From contig MNCI01000651.1 in the NCBI GenBank assembly GCA_015680685.1, positions 496,001-560,000 of the forward strand: a stretch of DNA of 64,000 nt, in the 5' to 3' direction. This document shows positions 13,477 to 26,394 of this stretch, piece by piece; position 1 is the stretch's first letter; every line of letters starts with the position of its first letter. The notes beneath the pieces were generated by a model. The model made no database searches and had not been told where the DNA came from. It saw nothing but the letters and a program-made list of their open reading frames with translations. The DNA comes from Gnetum montanum (Eukaryota > Plantae > Gnetophyta). The position numbers and the translations under genes were made by a program.

Positions 13477-13821
13477 ATGTAGCCATAATCCTTGAATATA
13501 ACATGTGCTTGCAATGGCCTAAAATGAACAAAAATATTGTTTATTATGAAAACTCCTTTTGCCAATTAGTCATTAAGTGTTATAACCAAAAACATCAACA
13601 TAGTTGCTTTCAAAATTCGCTACTACTATAGATGCATATAGCAAAAAATAAAACCAAAATTTAAAGTTAAAGTTAAAATGTCCATAACATACATAGCCAT
13701 TGTCACACTATGTGGGACAAAAGTCAAAGAATAACAACCATCTATAAAATAGTCTTGACTAACCATGGCCATCAACATAAAAATAAAAACAAATAGCCAA
13801 AAAACTAAACTAAAGGAGGCT

Positions 13822-16800
13822 ACTAAGTGGCATCAGGAGGACAAAGTGGTGGGTCATTCACACCCTTACTACTAGGATCACCAATGCCTCCTAAGGCCTA
13901 AAATGTAACAAAATATTGCCAATTAGTAACCCATAGCCATAATCATGACCTAAAATGAAGACTAAACCATAAAAAATATCAAACTTGTGGAGATTCTAGC
14001 TCCATTACTTCTGGGGGTAGATGGGAAAGGCCTTACTCCAAATGATGGAGAATCTGGTCCTTCATCATGTTAAGCTAGTCAACATCCCCAAGATCAATGC
14101 TAGAAAGAATGTCGATCCTATCTATAGGAGTCCAAGTAGGAGGCTTATAAGTAGTAGTAGTTGTAGAGGTCTCACCTACAATAGTCATAATCTAAAGAGT
14201 AGGGAATTACTCCACCTTGAGAGTACTTTCAAAAATTTTATAAGCACTCTCTACTTAGATCCCTTAAATGAATAGTTCTTTCTTGCACTATTCAATCAAC
14301 TCCTCCTTGAGCACATTTAGGTAGACCACATGATCAACCTTATACTTTCACTTGTGGATCTTTTATGTCTTGCCCCACTCCAAGACCCAAGTGTAGTGAT
14401 CCTTCCAATCCTCAACCTTTTGGGAGATGAGGTCCATCTACATACGTTGTTCCACCATCTCTCATAAGACTACTACTTTGTCCTGAACAACATGCTATTA
14501 GCAGGCCCACATGATCTCTTTAGTCCATAATTTTCCTAAGTTATCCACTTGGGCCTTCACAAAGGCTTTATAGTCTTAGAGATATCTAATCATATCACTA
14601 CCATTGAGTCTTTTCCCTTAAGGCCATAACTTCATGCCATAGAAATTTGTTGAACCTCTCTAGCTTCCATGAAGTTTTTGTGCACAACATTGCTAAATCA
14701 ATAGCAATCTCGTACAACTTCATAGGTACACTAGATACATCAGAGGGAAGCTTAGGAAAGGAGTGTATCTTCATGTCTCTATTAGGGTTCCACTCCATAG
14801 AGGACACTACGAAAGCATAAAATACTACCATAAAACAAAACCTAAGATAGCCATAATGCAAGAAAAACCCATGACTAAGACACATATAATAAAATCCTTA
14901 CCTATCTTAGGGACAACTTGATGCAACTAATCGATGATGTCCTTAGCCATCCCATGTAAGAAATCCACTTTATCTAGAGTCTCTATCCATGGATTCACAT
15001 GAAACTTAGGGATGGGAACTAGCACTAGTGATTCAGGAACTACTATAAGATAATAATAATCAAAAGGTTAGGATGAAAACCAAAGATAACCAATGAGATA
15101 TAATGTTAATATTAAGGCATAGGCATACTTGGCTCCTCCTCCTCTCCCTCCTCTAGGATGATGATGGGAGAGGTACTTGGTACTGCCTCACCAAACAAGA
15201 CATCTAAATCATCTATACTTGCATCAACAAATCCTTCAATCATAGGTTACTGTATAAGTGTCCCTTTTACACACCTTGGTTATGCTTCCACAGTAGCTTA
15301 GGCTACTATAATCTAATGCTTATCTACAACCATAGCACATAGAAAACTGATTAACACATGAAATCATAAAGTAGCCATAAAATTTTAAAACATGAAATAG
15401 GCAAATGTAAATAAAGGATACCTACAATAGTCTACTATAATGAATTAAGCTTAAACTTAAGGTTCTTCAGGGTAGGTTGATATGATGCTGTGGGTACCTT
15501 CTTCATAGGCCTCTTGAGTTTCTCCTTAGTTGCACCTTTGGCCTCCATACATTGTCATCTGGCATCTTGGACATCAACAAGAAATGATAGGGGCTCATCA
15601 TCATTAGTACTGTCAAGAGACTCATATTTCCTAAAAGTAAGAATTTTAGTGGTAATGGATAATGTATCATCCATCCCCTCTAGTGGGTTCTAGGCCTACA
15701 CTATTGGATAAATGTGCTTTATCCAATGCCTAGAAAGTTGGCTTGAGTCTTGGGATACCCATCACTCATTCCTGTACACTATCAAAAACTTTGTAAACCT
15801 CTTCATATAACTTGAAAAAACATGAAAAGTGCATATGAATTATTATAGAGGTATCAACATGGAGTCTAAGGATTCCTCTCAAAGCCCAGTAGCCAAAGAA
15901 ACTACCCAATCAAATATAATGCCCTCCATGAGGACGTTCTTAAAGATCCATCCTTGTGTTAGGCCAATTACCTTCTTTTGTGATAGCAATTTGGGGAATT
16001 CATGAGACCTAAATAAAGGATATGATTCCATTGCATCAGGGTCCATGAAGCTATTCATAAAAATTCTAGAGTGGCTCAAGTTGACACCAAGCCACTTTAG
16101 AACTTCATCGCAATGGCCCAATTCTCTTACTATCCTAGCGGGAACCTTTGCCTCATCAGCAAGAACACTAAACAACTCATGAAAGAGGCTAGCACATACA
16201 TCCATGTTCAACTTCATAACTTAGATGATGGTGCTAAAATGACCAACCTTCTCATCAAAGGAGTCAGTCACATGTAACATCTCCATAGCAAGAATGGAAG
16301 GGATAGATGCCATGAATACATCGAGTAAACCTGCATGCTAGAGATTTTCTTGAACATGTTTAGGTGCTTGTTCCTTTAGCCACTCCTATGTTGGTGTCAC
16401 TTCACCAAACTTTAGGATGTTGGTATTCTCATGATGTGAACCTGAAAGTAGTATAGTGACATCAATCGAGGTGGAAGGTCTTGTGAAATAATAACCAAAG
16501 TTTAGCATCAATATGAGTAATTTAAACAATTAAGCAAAGTAATAAAGCACTCAAAGTTATAGCCATACAAATACTAGAAGGTATGCCCTTTACGTTTACA
16601 TTTCCTTTTCTTCTGTAGTGTGGAGGTCCCAACTTCAAGGGTTTGATCCATGCTATTGGCATCTACCCACCAAGTGTGCATCATCCTATCATCCTTACAC
16701 TTTTTGTATACATGGTTAAACTTGGTGGTGTATTCATGAAAGTCCCCTATTAACTGTTGATACATAGTAGTTCTAATTTGAGTTTCTACCTACAAGAAGT

Positions 16801-17313
16801 TGTAAAATCAATAATGTTCAGAAGGTAATCAAGCCAAAATCATAAAAGCGTAACAATAATCATGTTTACCCCTGTAGATAGTACATGGTGTTAGGTGGGT
16901 CATAGAATAATGTGTGGGTTCTATGTGCCACCACCAAAGTATTGTTAGTATTATACTGACTACACTCTAGCATCGTCTAGATATCTATAAGATAACATGG
17001 ACTTATGGTGTCTACTGGTCCCCCTGCAATCTTAGGAAGTAGCTTGTCAGTAATGTATCTAGCAATCAAACCATATGCTCAATGCAATAAGGTCTCTACA
17101 ACAACCCTGGCTACATTTGTAAACAAGTGTGACCATAGCATCACACAGAAGTTCCTAAGGAGCTAGGCAACGAAGTCCCTTGCCCCAAGCTAGAACCATA
17201 GTAAGAGCTTCACAAAAGGCATGTCATGTGGTGGGGTGTTGGTCTTAGGATGACAATTATAGCACAAGATACCAACTAATTCCACTATGATGAGGATAGG
17301 CCTCAAAAAGACC
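13822..17313 (-). pseudogene. Multi-exon antisense accessory gene of element A (possible plant-mobile-domain-like region plus coiled coil); predicted exons 17313-16870, 16789-16575, 16441-15422, 15323-15129, 15042-14902, 14806-13985, 13897-13822
   Basis: GT..AG-bounded short AT-rich introns; peptide blocks homologous to 56650-59949(+) in element E; scattered transition-derived stops. Confidence 0.75.
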
Positions 17314-17363
17314 CTACATGAAGCAAAGCACAAAAACATTATAACCAATTGAAATTTCTTAAC

Positions 17364-17985
17364 AAACTTAGACAAAACATCTAATTGAAATTGAAATTAG
17401 TTTCCATAAAAAGCTCTAAGGTCTTTATCTAAATTAGCTTAAGAAATTCTACAAAAAAGGGGGAAATTATTACAACCTTTCAAAGAAAAAACAGTAAGAC
17501 CTATTAGATTTATTTAGCAAATTTAGACAAAACATCTAATCGGAGGTGAAATTAGCCTCTGTAAAAAGCTATATGGTGTTTATCTAAATTAGTATAAGTA
17601 ATTCCACAAGAAGAAATTATTACAAGCTTGCATAATGAGCCATGGGAATTTCTTAATAAATTTAGAAAAAACTTCTTAAGTCAGAGGCAAAATTAGCAAC
17701 TATAAAAAGCTCCTAGATGTGTATCTAAATTACCTTGGGAAATTTCATAAAATCATCGTTACCATATTTTATAGCCTGTATAGCCAAAATTTCATAGCCC
17801 AAAACTATGCCTTAGTCTAAATTATGAATAAATTTAGAAAAAGCATCTAAATTATGCATAAGTTTGGAAAAAGTAAGCATAAGTTTAGAAAAAACATCTA
17901 AATTATGCAAAGCCTGCATAAATTCAAAAAAATCATCTAAGCTATGCATAAATTTAGAAAAAGCTTAATAAACGTAGAAAAAGCC
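17364..17985. repeat. ~140-155-bp tandem triplication plus short ATAAATTTAGAAAAAGCATCTAA-type repeats
   Basis: AAATTTAGACAAAACATCTAAT...AAAAGCT...TATCTAAATTA units at ~17364, 17518, 17657; shorter repeats at 17815-17985. Confidence 0.75.
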
Positions 17986-19099
17986 ATGTAGCCATAATAA
18001 AAGCCTATTTAAAATAGAAAAAAAATTTGCTCTTCTTAAAAAAGCAAAATTAGGCATTACTTTTACATGTTCACAAAGAAAAACATAAGTTATACATATC
18101 AATCACTTCTATTTCCAAATGGTTAATGTACTACAACCATGATTTTGCCCTGTTCACACAACCATAATCAAAAAATTCATAAAAAATTCATTTCAGCTCC
18201 AAACAAAGTGATTCTACACCATTTGAAAGCTTAAATCAGCCCCTATGTATCCATGCTTAGAAAGAATTCAAAACCTTAGCCATTTATGTAGGAAAAAATC
18301 ATCAATCTGGACAATAATCTAAACATGATGCGAACATCCTTATTACACACACTTAGTAAAAAAATTTGTAGAAAACTTGTTTTAAGTCCAATTAGAGGGA
18401 TTCCACTCTATTGAAAAGCTAAAGCTAATTCCCCCATAGCCATGACCAAAAAAGAGCAAAAATATTTTCCATTTCCTTAGTAAAAAATTCTCAAAATTAC
18501 ATAAAATTATAAAAGCAACACAAACAATCTAACTACACAACATTAGGAAAAGAGCCATAACTTCTTTGTTTCAAGGTCAAATTAAATGATACAATAGCCA
18601 TCAGAAAGCTCAAAGGAAGGGATACAAACCCATAACCTTCAAATTTACAAATGTGTAGCTATTTTACCAAGGAAAAAATCATATATCTTTGCTTTCTTTT
18701 TCATGTCAAAACTTCAAAAACCTAAAAACCTAGATTTCATATTAGCCATGGAAATGGTCAAAATAGCTAAAAACACTAAAAGCCATTAAAATTCACATCA
18801 AAATAATGGGGTAGTATTTTGTTAAAATTTAATTTTAATAAATCCTAAGGCCTAGATTTGAAAAAAATTGCCATACCCCAAAATTCTAGGAAAAAAGCAT
18901 GAAACAACAAGCCCTATTTTTAAAATCAAATCTATGAAAGCTAAAGTGATGAAACAACTATAGATCTACATGGAAGTAGCCAAAATAGGAGGTGGGATTT
19001 CATCAAAATTTCATTTTAATTCCTCCACCATAGTAGATCTGAAAAAATGATCTTAACACATAGAAAGCAAAAAACTAAAAAAACCACAAGAAAAAAAAG

Positions 19100-22000
19100 G
19101 CAAAAATAGGAAGAAACAAGACTAGGCACCATGGATTTCCATGTTAGGGAAGTAGTGCCCAGTGTGGAAGAAGAGGGATAACACTCATGCCTACCTCTCA
19201 ATACTAATGTAGCACAATTTTGACCCCAAAATGAGACCCATGTAACCTAGAAATCCTCTAAACATCTCTGGTAGCTTTGAAACCTTACCATACCTAGTCA
19301 AAACTAGTTAAAACTGGTAAAAATCTTGGATTTGGTGTTTTCCATGCTGGGGGAGGCTTCTTCCACACTGGGGATTCCATGATTAGCATGGATAGATGGT
19401 GGGAAACCAAAAATGACCTAAATTGATGACCTAATGTCCATTTCTTAACACTTGGTGATCCCTAGACCCTACCAAAATGCTCTGGAGCCTTCGAAAGCTC
19501 AAAAATTTGTTAAATGTGGTACAAAAATGTCATAACCCTCTCATCCATACTACATCCACCATGCCTAGTGTGGAAGAAAGGGTGGAGATTTCATGAGACA
19601 CTTAGAACCCTCCAAATTATCAAATCTTGACACCGAACATTGATCGTCAACACTGGCAACCTTGGAGGTTGACATGCATGGTTGATTGATTGTTAATTTG
19701 ACCTAGATCTAACTTTCTTCATTGAGGGAGACCTATTCAATTCTAATCCTTCTATCCTCAATGTGAAAAAAATGGGGGAAGCCCAAAAAGCCCTTCATGG
19801 ACTTCAAAATGACCGAATCTTGACCTTAGGCACTAATGGCCAATGATAGCAACCTTGTTGACATTCATGCATAGCCAGATTGATTAGCAAAGGGCCAAAA
19901 AGCTTTCCCCCTAATTTTCCATTCTTAGCATGGAATCCTTAGCATCAAAAAATTGGGGGAAGCCAAGAAATTACCTTATGATCCTTGAAACAACCACATC
20001 TCAACATCATATGTCAGCAGTCAACACTCGCAACATTAGGAGCCTACATGCATTACTAAAAGTAACCACAAAAGGCCAAAAAGCTTTTATCCCAATTTTC
20101 CATGCTAAACATGGAATTTGTAGTTTTGAAAAGGGGGGGAGACCAAAAATTACCTAATGACCCTTGAAACAATCAAATTTTAATATAAAGTATCAATAAT
20201 CAATGCCAGCAACCTTAAAAGATTACATGCATGACTAAAAGCGACCACAAAAGGTCAAAAAGCTTTTTTTCCAATTTTCCACACTAAGCATGGAAGCCTC
20301 AATGTGAAAAAAGGGGAAAATTAAAAAAAAAACCACTCAAAAACCTTCAAAAAAGCAACATTTTGACATTAGGCATTGACATCATCACTAGTAACCTTAG
20401 GGACCTACATGCATGATTGAAAATGATGCAAGAAGAGAAAAATATATTTCCCCTCATTTACCACACTAGGCATACTATCCCCAATTTGGAAAAAAGATGG
20501 GGAAGCTCAAACAGCACTTGGAAAACCTATGAACTAACTAGTTTTGACTCTAAACCCTAGTCTGCAACCCTAGTAGCCTGAAGGTTGACATGCATGGTTG
20601 ATTGAAGTCAAAACTAGGCTGGATCTAAGCCTTATGATGTCTCCACACTAGGAATTCCCCCTCTAGGCTAATAAGCATGGAAATTAATGAGGAGACCCAT
20701 TTGAGTCCATAACTACCTGGAAACAACATTAACTAAATGTGCATGTGCTCTAGGACCTTGCCAACACCATTTGGAACCTTCAAACTTCAAGAAAATGATG
20801 CCAAAAGGCTAAAAAGTGATTCCTCCTAGTTTTCCATGTTGTGCATCCCAATCGTAGTGTGGAACAAAGAGGGAAAGCCAAAAAAAATACTTATAAATAC
20901 CCAACATGGCAAAATTCCGATACCAAACCCTATTCCTTGACCCCGATAACCCCAAAGGTTGACATACATAATTGATTGAGGTTAAAATTGGTCTAGATCT
21001 ACGTTGCATGATTCTTCCACACTAGGGATCCCTTTTTCCACATTTAGGATAGTATCTCTAGCATGGAAAATCAATGGGAAACTTGTTTGAAGCTTCTAAA
21101 CACCTCAAAATGACATCAAATGACCTTTCATACACTTTAGAAACCTAGTAGTAGCCATTGGAATCATTGAACTTCACAATATTGATCCTAGATGGCCAAA
21201 AAGTGGGCCCTAGTTTTCCACGCTAAAATTTCCATCCTTGATGTGGAAAAATTAGAGGAAGCTAAAGAACCACTTAGAGATATCCAAAACTACTAAATTT
21301 TGACATGGATCCATAGCCCTTGACCCTGGCAACTCTAGGAGGTAACATGCATAGTTGATTATGACCTGAATTATCCTAGATCTATGATTCTTGCTTCTTC
21401 CATGCTAGAATAACATTCCCAATGTTTAAAAAATATGGAAAAGCTACTTTTCCACTTTTTGTCACAAGATGGCACTTCTAGAAACCAAAGATATATGCTG
21501 GAGAAGCCCAAGACCTCATAACCTCGAGATTTTGCATGTCTAACCTTATTCCAACCTTCAAAACCTTTTCCATTGATTTTTTCATGTTGGAGTAACTCCC
21601 CAATAGTGGAAACAAGGGGGAATACATTAAGTACCCTTAAACAACCTTCAAACATGCCAAAAATCAACTAGAAACTTGTAGAATTGAATTTTACAACCCT
21701 AGGGGCCTAGAAACCTAGTTGAAATGCTCCTAAATTACTTTGAATTCATGAAAATAGTGTCCAAATATTTTTCCACACTAAGGATACTATGCCCAAATTA
21801 GAAAAATGGGGGAAGCCATTTTTCCACATCTTGACATTCAAAATTGCCTCAAATTGCCTCAGAACAAAGCTAGGAGATGCACAAGTTTCAGATCTAGACT
21901 CTAGCTACTTTTTTAACCATATTTGACCTTATTATGTGCTTTAATTTTGGTTTTACATGCTAAACCCCCTCTTTTCCATGCATGCTAGTGTGGAAACAAG

Positions 22001-22250
22001 GGGGGAAGGCTTCAAGACCTGCTTTTTGGTCTTTACAGACTTCTAGAGTGCCTAATTTTGATGGATCTAACCCTATGCTACCTTGGAAAGGTTCTAGAAC
22101 CTAAATTTTAGACCTCTAAGCATCCCATATCCTATTTCGCCTAGTTTCTACACTAAGTATCCTTGTTTCCATGCTGAGCCCAATGTGGAAACCTCAAAAC
22201 ACTTGATTTTTTAGTCTAAATAGCCTAGAAACAACCTTGATTGATGCCTA
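19100..22250. repeat. Degenerate ~180-185-bp-period array rich in TTCCACGCTAG / CTAGCGTGGAA-derived motifs
   Basis: Recurring ACATGCATG(G/A)TTGA block at ~19672, 19861, 20046, 20225, 20407, 20588, 20962, 21345, each followed by TTTCCAYRCTAG...GGGGAA. Confidence 0.8.
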
Positions 22251-22560
22251 AACTCACTTAATATCCTTTCATCCTCAAAACATGGTTTTCTAAGGCCTAA
22301 AATGAACATAACTTAACCATTTTTTAGCTAAATTAGCCAAATTTTATCATATATATCCTATTTTGCTTGATTTTTGTGTTACTACATAATGTTTTGGCTT
22401 GTTTTTTGACTTATGTTGCCTTGATGACTTGGTTGACCTTCTATAGCCTTTATACAGCCTTATATGTTAATTTTTTGTCTTATTATAGCTCTACTTGCCT
22501 TTGTTTGGTTTTTAAATGGTATCAAATAATGGGGTTTGACCTTCCCTAACCACCATATGA

Positions 22561-22647
22561 CCATGGCCCGTTAAGGTCTTAAACTGGCATCATAGTCCAC
22601 CAAGACTCTAAACTGGCATCATAGCCAACTAAGACCTAAAATTGGAA
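22561..22647 (+). repeat. 29-bp tandem repeat (TTAAACTGGCA core), cluster 2
   Basis: Units at 22579, 22608, 22637 plus a partial unit upstream. Confidence 0.85.
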
Positions 22648-22868
22648 AAATTGTAACCTTTATTAACCACCTATAGTGTTATTTCTTATTATTTGACCTT
22701 CACTTGATCTTTGTTTACCTCTATTTCACTTTGCTGAATTGGCCTTATCTCACTGATGACATTGGATGGCCTTAATTGCATTAGATTTGCATGTGTTTTA
22801 TGGCATTTTAACATTATTTATTTACTTTTATTCAAGTTCCACTTAATATGCTTTTGGTTAACATGTAG

Positions 22869-25800
22869 GATCAAAGTATGAGTACCTGGAAGCAAATTAG
22901 TTTGCCTTTATGTCTATATGGACCTCATGGTGATATTAAATGGTGTATTGACCCTGATTACCTAGATCTCAAGCCAGAGAGTCTTGTAGACCACATAGCC
23001 TCAATAGAGAAACATCTAAAATGGCCTAAAAACCTAGTCAAAACCCTTGACTTAGAAGCAAGGAACCAAATTGAAGACTCTCTAGTTGAGGTTCCTATCA
23101 CAACACATAGTGGTGAGTAGAAAACCCTTAAACTAAGTTCCTCATTAGAGCCTCAATGTGTCCAAGATAGCACCAAAGTCTTACAGAACAACATTAAGGC
23201 ATTTTCCTAGCCATATGAAGATATGCCAGGCCTAGATCCATGTCTAGTCCAACACAACATCATATTGGACCCTAGCATTAGGCCAAGTAATCAAAAAGTG
23301 TATAAGATTAGACCTGATTTGGCCTTTGATGTTCACAATGAAATCTCAAAGATCTACCGAGAAGGTTTCATTAGGGTTTTCAATTATGCAAAATGGGAAT
23401 CCAAGATAGTGGTAGTCCCTATGAAAAATGGGAGTATCTATATTTGCATTGATTTTTGAGACCTAAATAAAGAAACTGTCAAGGATGACTTCCCTTTACC
23501 TAGTATTGATCAACTTATCAATACTATAGCTGAACATTCCTTGTTGTCCTTTATGGATGGATTTTTGGTATATAACCAAATTATGATCAACCTAGAGCAC
23601 CAACTTAGCATGACCTTTAGGATACTTTTTGTTATATCATGATGCCCTTTAGCCTTAAGAATACTGAAGTAACATATCAACAAGCTATGATTTATATATT
23701 CAATGATTACATGTTACGATTGCTTAATGATTACATAGATGACATAGTTGTGAAGTCTAATATAGTCAATGATCATGCTAATGACCTAAATCTTGTGCTT
23801 AAACAATGCCTAAAATACAAGCTTAGGCTTAATCCTAAGAACTATGTCTTCCATGTCAAGATCGATAAGGTGCTTGGCTTTGTAGTCTTTGAAGCAGGGA
23901 AACGCATAGATCATAATAAGGTTAAAGCTATATCCAAATTAGCATCACCTATCAAACTTAAAGAGCTTCAAGGATTACAAGGTAGATTACAGTTTATTTG
24001 TAAGTTTATTGCTAGGCTTATGGATAAGTTACAACCCATGCAACATTTACGTAAGAAAAGAGTTCACTAGGAGTGGATGGCTCAATGCCAAGAGGCCTTT
24101 GAAAATCTTATGCAACAGTTAATACAACTATTGACAATCTATCCTCCACAATAGGGTAAACCATTTTACATTTATCTCACCATATCTGATACATCCATTT
24201 CCTCTCTACTCTATCAAAAACATGATGATGAAGCAAAAATACCTATATACTATCTTAGCCATGAGTTAGTAGCCCATGAGACTTGATACACTGAGGTTGA
24301 AAAGTATTTTCTAGAACTAGTCTTCTCTTTGAAGAAATGGAGATACTACCTCTTTAGAATCCAAGTCAATGTAATGTGCAAGGACAACATACTCAGAGCC
24401 ATAACAACCAGCATTTACGAAAGTAGCTGTATAGCCCGATGGAAAGCCATAACCATGGAATTTGACCTCCATTATGTCTTTCAATCATCAACAAAAGGTC
24501 AAGCTATAACCATATAACTCATAGCTTCACCTATTGATGACTAAGTGGCTATAGATCTTGAGTTCCCTAATGAACACATTAACATAGTTAGGCAAGTACC
24601 CAAGGATTATGAGGTAGTCATGAACTTTGATAGAGCTTTAACTACCCATGGGGTCAATGCTACTAGCATTGTCACATTCCCATTTGGTGAGATCTAACCC
24701 TTTGCTTATTTTTTTGGGTTTCATGGTACCAACAACATAGCCAAATATGAGGTTTTGATTAGAGGGATAATGGTAGCTTGTGACCTAGGAATTAGATGCG
24801 TAGCCATCAAAGGCAATTCACAACTCATGGTTAACCAAGTAACCAAAGTCTATGCATGCAAAGCTACACAGTTACAACCTTAGTATGACCTAGGAAAGCA
24901 GTTATTATAGCAATTCATAGATGTTGATATCCAACACACACCTCAAAATGAAAATTCCATAGTTAATGCAATTGCAACATTATCCCTTAGTGTTATTCCA
25001 AATGTGTTTAGCAAGTTACCCACCTTAATTGTGGATTGCGCTACTTCCATCACATAGAACATTGAGGATACCATTGTGGCCATCATTCATACTACTCCTC
25101 CCAACTAGTGGTATGATGATATTAAATTTTACCTTATGCATGATGAATCCTTACAAGGCCTGACTACTACTCAAAAGGACTCATAAGTAAGCAATCAAAG
25201 TAATATGTCATTATAGGTGATAATACATTATGTCAACAATCCTATGATGGCATACTCCTAAAGTGCTTATGTAAAATTGAAGCCAAAATAGTCCTAGAAA
25301 ATGTTCACAAGGATGTTTATGAAGGGCATATAGGACCTAGAGCCATGACCACTAAGAGTAGATGGTTAGGCTACTATTGGCCTCATATGGAAAATGACTA
25401 CCTGCAAAAGGTTAAGCGATGTGACACATGCCAATGATATAGCAACCTAATACATATATCACCAACTGAGTTACATACAACCTAGATAACATGGTTTTTT
25501 CAATGATGAGGGTTAGATATGATTGGACCTATAATGCCTAAGTCTTCTATAGGACATAGCTTCATCATCATCATAACTAAATACTTTACCAAGTGGGTTG
25601 AGGCCATTTTCCTAAGGAATACCACATCTGAACAAGTTTGCAAATTTATCCTAGATAACGCTATAGTTCATTTTGGCATACCCATGATCATAGTTATAGA
25701 TAATGGACCTAAATTTAGTAGCCAAGAAACCAAGGATTTCTATGACAACCTAGGCATTAAGCATTCTTTCTCATCACCTTACTACCATCAAGCCAATGGA

Positions 25801-26346
25801 CAAGTGAAAGAAAGCAACAAGGCCATCATCAACTTGCTCAAGAAGATTCTCAACAATAGCAAGCATAAGTGGCATGAGTGGCTTGTCCATGCACTATGGT
25901 CATATAGAACAACCTATTGCATGACAACCAACATGACCCCTTATAGCCTTGTTTATGGTTTTAACGCTATTTTACCTCTTGATATGTATGTGCCATTACT
26001 CTAAGTAGCCTTGACCAACTTCATCAATGATGAGCAAAAGGAGTTGAGGACGACAATCCTAGATTCAATGGAGGAGCGATGTATGCAAGTGCTTGCTCAC
26101 ATCAAGTAATATCAAGAGAGATAGAAGTGGTAGAATCATCATGACTTGACTAGGAACAAGATCAAGGAGGGGGACCTAGGCCTCAAGGCCATTCATGAGC
26201 ATGAGGATAAATTCCCAGTTAATTGGGAAGGATCCTTCCTTGTCACTAGAGCCTATGGAAATGGAGCATTCAAAATAGCTTACATGAATGGGAATGAGCT
26301 GGCCAATCCAATTAATCATTCCTATCTAAACCCATACTACATGTAG
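22869..26346 (+). pseudogene. pol: Element A RT-RNase H-archaeal-type RNase H-integrase, degenerate
   Basis: MPGLDP..VQH, ICIDF*DLNK, YIDD, aRH MNFDRA...TNNIAKYE...KGNSQLMVNQV (~24610-24990), INT YFTKWVEA...DNGPKF...YHQANGQ, NWEG.F. Confidence 0.93.
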
Positions 26347-26394
26347 CTGACAATCATCAACAACTGATCCTACATTCAATCATACACTATGATC

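Larger units (their letters stand above)
13200..22868 (+). other. Putative 9.67-kb Ogre-type intron between protease and RT
   Basis: Phase-0 donor CAA|GTAGCC followed by a T-rich tract. Acceptor CATGTAG|GAT is in frame with RT and sits at the same position in element E (CATGCAG|GAT at 51615). Confidence 0.6.

Noticed and set aside
13200-22868. Independent nested transposon inside element A
   Set aside because: No LTR, TIR or TSD found, and the homologous cassette sits at the same position and relative orientation in diverged element E, so it is part of the element.
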